64,000 bases of DNA, taken from the NCBI GenBank assembly GCA_002346665.1, contig DEAG01000011.1:6589-70588 (forward strand), in the 5' to 3' direction. How positions within the stretch are numbered: position 1 is the stretch's first letter; every line of letters starts with the position of its first letter. This DNA is from Gemmatimonadales bacterium UBA2988 (GTDB lineage: Bacteria > Gemmatimonadota > Gemmatimonadetes > Longimicrobiales > Gaopeijiaceae). Shown piece after piece: positions 57,650 through 64,000 of the stretch. Position numbers and translations under genes: made by a program. The notes beneath the pieces were generated by a model, which ran no database searches, was not told where the DNA came from, and saw nothing but the letters and a program-made list of their open reading frames with translations.

Positions 57650-60055
57650 TCAAGATCGGTCGAAGTAGCCATGCGCCTTGGTGGCACCCTTGACGCCGTA
57701 ATACAACTGCCGGCGTTCATCCACCCCGTTGAGGACCGTGCCAAGGAGCAGGGCCCGCACCCCTTCGATCTGGCTCACGGCAAACTCGAGGGATTCCTGT
57801 TCGGTAACCCCCGCCCGGGCCACGAGGACCACTCCGTCTGTCCGGGTACCGAGGAGCGCAGCGTCGGTCACCACGTTGAGCGGCGGCGCATCGAATACGA
57901 CGGTGTCGTAACGCTCATTCACCTCGCTCAGGAACCGACCCATCGGCTCTGAGGACAAGAGTTCGGCGGGGTTAGGTGGCCGGGTGCCTGATGTGATGAA
58001 ATCCATCGTGTGATCCGGCTCCATCTCCAGTGTACGGATGGCCTCGTCCAGACCCACCGCCCCGACCAGTACGTTCGAGAGCCCGGGCTCCCGCGTCTCG
58101 CGAAACACCTCGTCCAGCGTACCGCGCCGCATATCCGCATCCACTAGGAGCACCCGCCCCCCCTGTTGGGACAGCACCAGCGCCATGTTGGCGGCAGTCG
58201 TGGATTTGCCGTCTCCAGGCATTGGGCTGGTGAACACCAACGCCTTGGGAGCCGATGTGGGGCGGGAGAACGTGATGTTGGTGCGCAGCGACCGGTAGGC
58301 CTCGGCGGCCGGATCGCCCGCCGTGATTAGACCGATCAGCCGCGGCTCGAGTGATGTCCCATTGCCGGTGGATGCCCAGGGCAGTCGGCTCGCAGCACCG
58401 GCCACGGCAGGGCGGATGATAGGGATTAGCCCCAGGACGGCCGCTCCCGTCGCCGCCTGCAACTCCCCACGGTCCCGCACCGTCCGGTCCAGGTGCTCGG
58501 CGACTACTGCCCCACCCACCCCCACGATGGCTCCTACCGCCAGCGCCACCATCAGGCTCAACCACGGCTTCGGACGGATGGGATCGGTGGGGTAGATCGC
58601 CGGATCTATCACTCTCACGGAGTAGTCCTCCACCGCCGCGACGACCTCGGCCTCCTTCTGCTTGGTCTGAAGGATGGTGTAGAGAGTGGACAGGATCGTC
58701 GCCTGACGCTCCATACGGGCATAGGTCATCTGCTGGGCCGGAATGCGAGCGAGTTCGGTCTCGAAGCTGGCCAGTCCATCTCCGAGCGTCCGCACCTGTT
58801 CACCGAGCCCTCTCAAGTAGGTCTCCGCCATAGTCTTGAGCTGGAACTCGAGCGCCTCGATCCGCTCAGTAAGGAGGATGACGTCACTATCTGCCGGCTT
58901 GCGAGTCATCAGGAACTCGGTCCGGAGGTTCTCAAGTTCCACGAGCTGGGTCAGCATTTCGGCGGTCGCAACGTTTGTGATCAGTGTGGGAAACGACACA
59001 AGCTTCCGATATGGCGACGCTCCGTCGCTGCCGGCTTCTTCGCTTCCGATCTCTGCTAGGAGCTGGCCCAGCGCCTCGCGCTCGGCGGACAGCAGGTCGC
59101 GGCGGGTTTGCATCTGAGCGAGTCGATCCACTTTGGCTGGAGCCTCAGCCGCGATGCTCACGATCCCATTTTGCTCACGGAACGAACGAAGTGTCTCCTC
59201 CGCGCTGACAAGCTGGGCCCCGAGAGTATCGATCTGCTCTGCGAGGAAGGCCACGGTGCCACGTGCCTGGGCAGATCTAACCTGCTGCCGCCCAGCAAGG
59301 AAGTGGGCAGCCAGTTCATTGGGAACCGCCCGAACCAGTTCGGGATCGGTCCCGCGGTAGCGTACCCACACCACATCGGCCTCCCGATCCGGCCGAAAAA
59401 CCGCGATACTCGCCTGAAGTTCCTCAACCGCAGTTTGGAACAAGATCACTGAAAAGTTGATGCTCTCGAAGGCTGCTGCGCCGGAAGCGAGGGTGAACTG
59501 CACGCCGTTGACAGCCACCACCCGACCCACTTCAACTTCCCCGTAGTCGACCACTTCTTTAGCCGGGCGCTCGAACGGACCAGGCTGATCCGTTCGCTTG
59601 GTGACCTCCCCAGTAAGATGAAAGCGTCCCTCTCCCACGGCCTCGAGAATGTAATCGGCAGCTGGAGCAACGGTGTCCATCGACAGGTCCGCAAAGATCT
59701 CGGAGCGGCGGACACGGGCCGGCGCACCCAGGATGACCTGGAGGTCCTGGGAACGCACGACTGCCTCGGCCAACGAGCGACTGCGGAGCACGGCCATTTC
59801 CGTGAACACTTCACGGCCGGCGCCGAGTGTCGAGAGCTCCTCGAACCTGGCGATACCTGATTTTTCCTCGCCGATGCGGACAGAGACGGCGGCCTCGTAG
59901 ACGGGACGGACAAGAAGGATGAACGCCACCGTGAGAGCTAGCAGCACGACAGGTGCCCCTAGGATCAGCAGGGGTCGGGCCCGAAAAGCTTGGCGGACGT
60001 CTAATTTCCGCGCTCCCGCACTCTTGCCAGGTCCGTTTGCGGAAGGCTCCGTCAT
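57650..60055 (-). CDS. polysaccharide co-polymerase with C-terminal BY-kinase domain (Wzc/GumC-like, PCP-2a)
   Basis: N-terminal TM plus a long coiled periplasmic region and a second TM (LSLMVALAVGAIVGVGGAVV). The kinase Walker motifs are SPMPGDGKSTTAANMA, VLLVDADMRRG and YDTVVFDAPPL. The C-terminus carries Tyr residues (RRQLYYGVKGATKAHGYF). Confidence 0.85.
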   Translation of the reverse strand: MTEPSANGPGKSAGARKLDVRQAFRARPLLILGAPVVLLALTVAFILLVRPVYEAAVSVRIGEEKSGIARFEELSTLGAGREVFTEMAVLRSRSLAEAVVRSQDLQVILGAPARVRRSEIFADLSMDTVAPAADYILEAVGEGRFHLTGEVTKRTDQPGPFERPAKEVVDYGEVEVGRVVAVNGVQFTLASGAAAFESINFSVILFQTAVEELQASIAVFRPDREADVVWVRYRGTDPELVRAVPNELAAHFLAGRQQVRSAQARGTVAFLAEQIDTLGAQLVSAEETLRSFREQNGIVSIAAEAPAKVDRLAQMQTRRDLLSAEREALGQLLAEIGSEEAGSDGASPYRKLVSFPTLITNVATAEMLTQLVELENLRTEFLMTRKPADSDVILLTERIEALEFQLKTMAETYLRGLGEQVRTLGDGLASFETELARIPAQQMTYARMERQATILSTLYTILQTKQKEAEVVAAVEDYSVRVIDPAIYPTDPIRPKPWLSLMVALAVGAIVGVGGAVVAEHLDRTVRDRGELQAATGAAVLGLIPIIRPAVAGAASRLPWASTGNGTSLEPRLIGLITAGDPAAEAYRSLRTNITFSRPTSAPKALVFTSPMPGDGKSTTAANMALVLSQQGGRVLLVDADMRRGTLDEVFRETREPGLSNVLVGAVGLDEAIRTLEMEPDHTMDFITSGTRPPNPAELLSSEPMGRFLSEVNERYDTVVFDAPPLNVVTDAALLGTRTDGVVLVARAGVTEQESLEFAVSQIEGVRALLLGTVLNGVDERRQLYYGVKGATKAHGYFDRS

Positions 60056-60735
60056 CGAACGAGCAAGGTGATGATGATACCGCTCAGGGTAGCCACACCG
60101 GCTACCACTTCACCTAAGTTCAGGTCTATCCAACTGCGCCGTGGGACGAATATCTCGTCGCCGGACAGAATCTCAGACTCGGAGATTGACATATCGAGAC
60201 GGAGGTCCGCATCCACCACTTGGCCTCCCCGGCGAAGCACCACCTTACCCTCTTCTCCCAACTCCGTGCGGCCCCTCGCGTTGGCCACCGCGTCGGCAAC
60301 GTTCATGGTCGGATCGAGCTGATAGACACCCGGTTGGTTGACCTCACCGACCACCCGGACGCGACGCAGGACAACCAGTTCGATGCCCCGGACAGACCGG
60401 ATCAACTGCAGGTCCCGAATCACCTTCTCGCGCAGGCTCCGGTTGCTCTCGCGGGTGACGTCGTACTCCCCCAAAAGAGGGAGTACGACCGTGCTGAACT
60501 GGTTCACCGGAAACTCCCCAGACAACTCTGCCTGACGGAGCACCGTCAGGCGCACTACGTCGCCTGGCCGGATGACATCCTCCACACTTGCGATACCGGA
60601 TACAGCCCCCGTCTGCCCAGACAAGGAATTTCCGGCGAAGGCCAGCACGAGGCCGAGGGCCAAGGGAAAAAGGCGAGCAATCAAATGTTTAGTCACTAGG
60701 CCTACCAAGGTACGAGCGGCTTCTGGGAGCATCAA
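60052..60735 (-). CDS. short outer-membrane polysaccharide export (OPX, Wza/GumB-like) protein
   Basis: Poly_export-like IRPGDVVRLTVLRQAELSGEFPVNQFSTVVLPLLGEYDV, an SLBB-like region (GVYQL...GDEIFVP) and a hydrophobic C-terminal helix (VVAGVATLSGIIITLLV). Only 227 aa. Confidence 0.75.
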   Translation of the reverse strand: MMLPEAARTLVGLVTKHLIARLFPLALGLVLAFAGNSLSGQTGAVSGIASVEDVIRPGDVVRLTVLRQAELSGEFPVNQFSTVVLPLLGEYDVTRESNRSLREKVIRDLQLIRSVRGIELVVLRRVRVVGEVNQPGVYQLDPTMNVADAVANARGRTELGEEGKVVLRRGGQVVDADLRLDMSISESEILSGDEIFVPRRSWIDLNLGEVVAGVATLSGIIITLLVR

Positions 60736-61901
60736 GTTGATAGCAAGACCCGCCTATAGAACGCATCGACGCCTTCGGCTACCGAGGACCACGAAAGTGG
60801 GCCCTCCGCCAGCCGGCGGGCGCGCTCGCCCGCCTCGCTGGCACGGTCCCCGGAGTCTAGGGCTGCAAGCAACGCCTCGGACAGCGACGCAACCGCAGGA
60901 GCGCTGGTCCACCCCGCTCGATGAGCGTCGATCCACTCGGCCGCGTCCCCAACTCTGGGCATGACCACGGAGCGACCCGCACACAAGTAATCGCTCAGCT
61001 TTGCGGGCCAACGCCCTCGGTTACAGATCGTGTCGGACAAGGGAAGTACGCAACAATCAGCGGTTCCGAGCCAGAGCTGCAAGAGATCGAGGTCGACGAA
61101 ACCCGGGATAATCAGAGCATCCGCGGGCAGGCGCTCTTGCGGAATCGGTGTGCGCGGATTGCCAAGGAGGACCAGTCGAGCGCGAGGCCGTTCACGACAA
61201 ACGCGCTGCATCGCTCCGAACAGAAGCTCGATGTCCCGGGGGTAGATCAGGCCAACGTGTAACACGACCTCAGCATCGTCATCGATGCTAAGCGCGACCC
61301 GTGAACGTTCACGGTCGTGGGGACGGATGCCCTCGTGTTCGCACCCGTTGGGGAAGTTCAGAATGGCATCGGTGGGCACGCCCAACTGGACGGCGCGGCC
61401 CTCCAGGGCCCGGCTGATCACCGTGGTGCCGCGCGCGTGTGTTCGAAACGCCTCCTCGAACCAGGTCTCGACACCTCCGATCAGACGGTTGACTAAGTGG
61501 CCCGGGCGCTCTGCGATCGTCCCTCCTCGGCCCCACCAGTCCGCCCAGTCCATAAACAGAGGGAGATTGCCGCGCGCGGCCAAGAATAACGCTGGCAGGA
61601 TCACCGCGGGGCGACAATCGAACGCGTGGATAGCATCGAAATCACCGTGCCGCAACCCAAGCGAGCGATGGAGCGTATTCCAGGGATCCCACCCCGTGCG
61701 CCCGCGTCCCCAGAAAAGGTCCGGAGTCTCGATCAGATCAACACCATCGCGCCGCCGCCTTCGTTGAGCGATGCGCGCAGTCGGACTGGTCGTAACCACC
61801 GTGATCTCATGGCCATGAGCGACCAGCGCCCTACCGAGTGGGAACGCCCGGAAAAAGGTGCCAGACCAGGCCACGTTGTGGTTTAGGAAGAGCAGCCTCA
61901 A
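60732..61901 (-). CDS. GT4-family glycosyltransferase
   Basis: MRLLFLNHNVAWSGTFFRAFPLGRALVAHGHEITVVT (GT-B N-domain) and a C-terminal domain with the LLGNPRT...ADCCVLPL layout. Confidence 0.7.
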   Translation of the reverse strand: MRLLFLNHNVAWSGTFFRAFPLGRALVAHGHEITVVTTSPTARIAQRRRRRDGVDLIETPDLFWGRGRTGWDPWNTLHRSLGLRHGDFDAIHAFDCRPAVILPALFLAARGNLPLFMDWADWWGRGGTIAERPGHLVNRLIGGVETWFEEAFRTHARGTTVISRALEGRAVQLGVPTDAILNFPNGCEHEGIRPHDRERSRVALSIDDDAEVVLHVGLIYPRDIELLFGAMQRVCRERPRARLVLLGNPRTPIPQERLPADALIIPGFVDLDLLQLWLGTADCCVLPLSDTICNRGRWPAKLSDYLCAGRSVVMPRVGDAAEWIDAHRAGWTSAPAVASLSEALLAALDSGDRASEAGERARRLAEGPLSWSSVAEGVDAFYRRVLLST

Positions 61902-61941
61902 ATCGTCACCGCTTGCTGGCCTCCTACCCTAACGGGTACAC

Positions 61942-63402
61942 TTGGGAGTGAGTTGGCGCATTCGCTTCTCGGTCACGACCGCCCTGGTCGTCGTCGCCCT
62001 CCTGGCGACAGGATACGGTCTCGCCACCAACCCCCTGCTCGCCGCTGGAGCCATCTTGGGGGTTATCGTGCTCGCGATAACGCTCACATGGCCCATGGTT
62101 GTTGTTGCGGTCATGTTAGCGCTAGGGCCGGTGAATCTCGGGTTTCTGACCGGGGGTTACAAGGAGCTGCTCCCAGCTTTGGGTGGCTTGGATATGAGCG
62201 GTATCCGCCTGGTCGGGATCTCGGCTGGACTGGCCACAGTGGTGCTGACGCGCGCCGACCTCCTCAAGGCACTCGTCGCCATTCCAGCCCGATGGTATCT
62301 ACTGTTCCTGGCCTGGGCCGGAGCCACCCTAGCGTTTTCTCCAGCGTCACTCGAAGGCCTAAGGCTTCTTTTCAAGCTCGCATACCCGCTACTCATCTTC
62401 TTGGTGGTGGCTGCCCCAGAGCGTCGTGTGGGCGAGTTGCACCGACTGGGTGACTGGGCCCTATGGGGAGCCACGCTGCTCCTACTGATCAATCCGATCT
62501 TCGTTGTGAACGGAAGCTATGTTCTCGAATCTAACGAGTGGTTCCGCGTTTCGTTGCCCGGAAGCCATCAAAACCCGCTTTCCTTCTACCTCTTGGCCAT
62601 AGTCTTGATCTGCATAGGCCGTTTCCGCGCACGTGGGCAAGCCCGATATTTGTTGCTCGGCAGTGTTGCCACTGTCTGGATTGCCCTTACTCTCACACGC
62701 ATCACTTTCCTTGCCTCCTTCGTAGCCATGGCGGTCGTCGCTCTGCATACCGCCATCGCCGACCGGAACTGGCGTGTACTCCTGGCCGCAGCAGCCTTCG
62801 CTGTCATCCTCGGCGGTCTGGCGTTGGAGGGAGTCTTGGTGCGTACGTTCGGATACCTCCCTAACCCCGGGCAACTCCTCGCGCTTTCGCTGGACCCAGT
62901 GACGCTCTACCAGGCCATCAATTGGCAGGGCCGCGATACTCTCTGGGGCATTCTTCTCCTGTCATTTCAGGCAAGCCCGGTGGTCGGATTGGGACTCGGA
63001 GCGTCCAGCCTGGCAATCGAGTCTGCACTGGGTGAAACGATGGTAGCCCACAACGAGTACCTACGCCTGGCGGTGGACACCGGACTGATCGGTTGTCTGT
63101 TATTCTTTTTGGCTGTGCGGAGCTGGATAGGCGCTTCGATGCAGGCGATGCACCAAGTCGGACGGAAAGCGGATGAATACGCCATGCCGGCACTCGCTTT
63201 GATCGCAGCGTTCGGCGTAATCGCCCTGACCGACAACGCGCTCGACTACTACGGGCCGCTGACCCAGTACGTCGGATTCTTGGCTGCAGCCTGTGTGGTG
63301 CTGGGACGGGAAACTGAGGTAAGCACAACGTCTTCTGCGGACTCCGATACGGGTAACAAGGCGGTCTTCAATGACCCCCTTCCGGCGAGCCCGAGGCGAT
63401 GA
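61942..63402 (+). CDS. O-antigen ligase / Wzy-like polymerase family membrane protein (second copy)
   Basis: About 10-12 TM helices and the family motif MVAHNEYLRLAVDTGLIGCLLFF. Confidence 0.7.
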   Translation: MGVSWRIRFSVTTALVVVALLATGYGLATNPLLAAGAILGVIVLAITLTWPMVVVAVMLALGPVNLGFLTGGYKELLPALGGLDMSGIRLVGISAGLATVVLTRADLLKALVAIPARWYLLFLAWAGATLAFSPASLEGLRLLFKLAYPLLIFLVVAAPERRVGELHRLGDWALWGATLLLLINPIFVVNGSYVLESNEWFRVSLPGSHQNPLSFYLLAIVLICIGRFRARGQARYLLLGSVATVWIALTLTRITFLASFVAMAVVALHTAIADRNWRVLLAAAAFAVILGGLALEGVLVRTFGYLPNPGQLLALSLDPVTLYQAINWQGRDTLWGILLLSFQASPVVGLGLGASSLAIESALGETMVAHNEYLRLAVDTGLIGCLLFFLAVRSWIGASMQAMHQVGRKADEYAMPALALIAAFGVIALTDNALDYYGPLTQYVGFLAAACVVLGRETEVSTTSSADSDTGNKAVFNDPLPASPRR

Positions 63403-63416
63403 TTTAAGCGCCGTAC

Positions 63417-64000
63417 TCAGGCAGCAGCCTCATCTGCAGCGGTCCGGCCCCGGTGCGGCCGTCCGTAGACATGGTCGAGTTCACGAGCCACCAGCCGGAA
63501 GCACACTTGGGCAGTGAACCGCTCCTCCCATTTCTGCCGACCGGCAGCCCCCATCGCGGCACGCAGCTGGGGACGCGCTCGCAGCCGCTCGAGGGCTCCT
63601 GTGAGGGCCCCCCTGTCCTCCGGCACCAATAACCCGGTCCTTCCGTCCTCTATCATGTCGGGGATCGCTCCGCGGGCTGTCGCCACGACGGGCAGACCAG
63701 CGGCCATGGCCTCTAGCACCACCAGCGGCTGCCCCTCGTGTGAGCGGACAGGCAGTGCGAAGACATCCGCCTCCCTCAGGAGGCGTGCCTTCTCTTCCGG
63801 ACCAACCACCCCGATCAACTCGACGTGCGCGCGGGCGGGCGAAGCCGCCACCGCCGCCCGGATACGGCGCTCATCTCTTCCTGTCAGCCACGCCCCCGCC
63901 AGCACCAGCCGACTGGGCAGGTCCCAGGGACACAGGGCACCAAAGGCCTCGACCAGGTCGTCGACTCCCTTGAGATCGGAAAGTTGCCCCAGGTAGAGGA
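63417..64000 (-). CDS. GT4-family glycosyltransferase, C-terminal part (gene continues past the right edge)
   Basis: VRSHEGQPLVVLEAMAAGLPVVAT. By hand translation the frame stays open upstream of the ORF-track start through YLGQLSDLKGVDDLVEAF to base 64000. Confidence 0.75.
   Translation of the reverse strand, partial: LYLGQLSDLKGVDDLVEAFGALCPWDLPSRLVLAGAWLTGRDERRIRAAVAASPARAHVELIGVVGPEEKARLLREADVFALPVRSHEGQPLVVLEAMAAGLPVVATARGAIPDMIEDGRTGLLVPEDRGALTGALERLRARPQLRAAMGAAGRQKWEERFTAQVCFRLVARELDHVYGRPHRGRTAADEAAA

Overview
This 64-kb window comes from a high-GC diderm bacterial chromosome and is almost entirely surface-polysaccharide DNA. Hand counts on single 60-nt lines gave about 67% G+C in secA, 55-60% in most glycan genes and 45-52% in the heptose module.

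Layout:
1. Bases 1-37248 are one uninterrupted minus-strand array of about 36 genes. It is headed by a specialised NusG paralog and a 917-bp ORF-free leader. Next come a winged-helix/Rossmann regulator, a B12-binding radical SAM enzyme, a geranylgeranyl-reductase homolog and the priming phosphoglycosyltransferase. An orphan IS3 OrfA fragment follows on the opposite strand. After it come a heptose-nucleotide module (GmhA, domain-swapped HldE-like) and an amino-deoxysugar module with an E1 alpha/beta ThDP pair and two DegT aminotransferases. A DprE1/DprE2-like lipid-linked-sugar module follows, with two paralogous membrane-anchored winged-helix proteins. The array also holds three GtrB/ArnC-type GT2s, a GT-C, a Wzy/O-antigen-ligase-like protein and an AlgD-type GDP-mannose dehydrogenase.
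2. Bases 37548-43657 are housekeeping genes: an L-2-hydroxyglutarate oxidase-like gene, secA, nadD and bamD.
3. Bases 43663-49327 are a precursor operon (ugd, UDP-xylose synthase, epimerase, gmd, fcl and an internally deleted DegT pseudogene) that reads straight into bamD-nadD-secA.
4. Bases 49863-64000 are a Wzx/Wzy-type assembly and export locus. It holds a Wzi-like barrel, two 7-bladed RCC1-repeat lipoproteins, GT4/GT2 enzymes, Wzx, a Wzc-like co-polymerase/kinase, a short OPX protein and a second Wzy-like protein.

I found no rRNA, tRNA or CRISPR array by eye. All family calls come from motif recognition in the supplied translations and my own hand translations, not from database searches. 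Many ORF-track starts were trimmed to internal starts that give compact 1-16 nt overlaps with the upstream gene.
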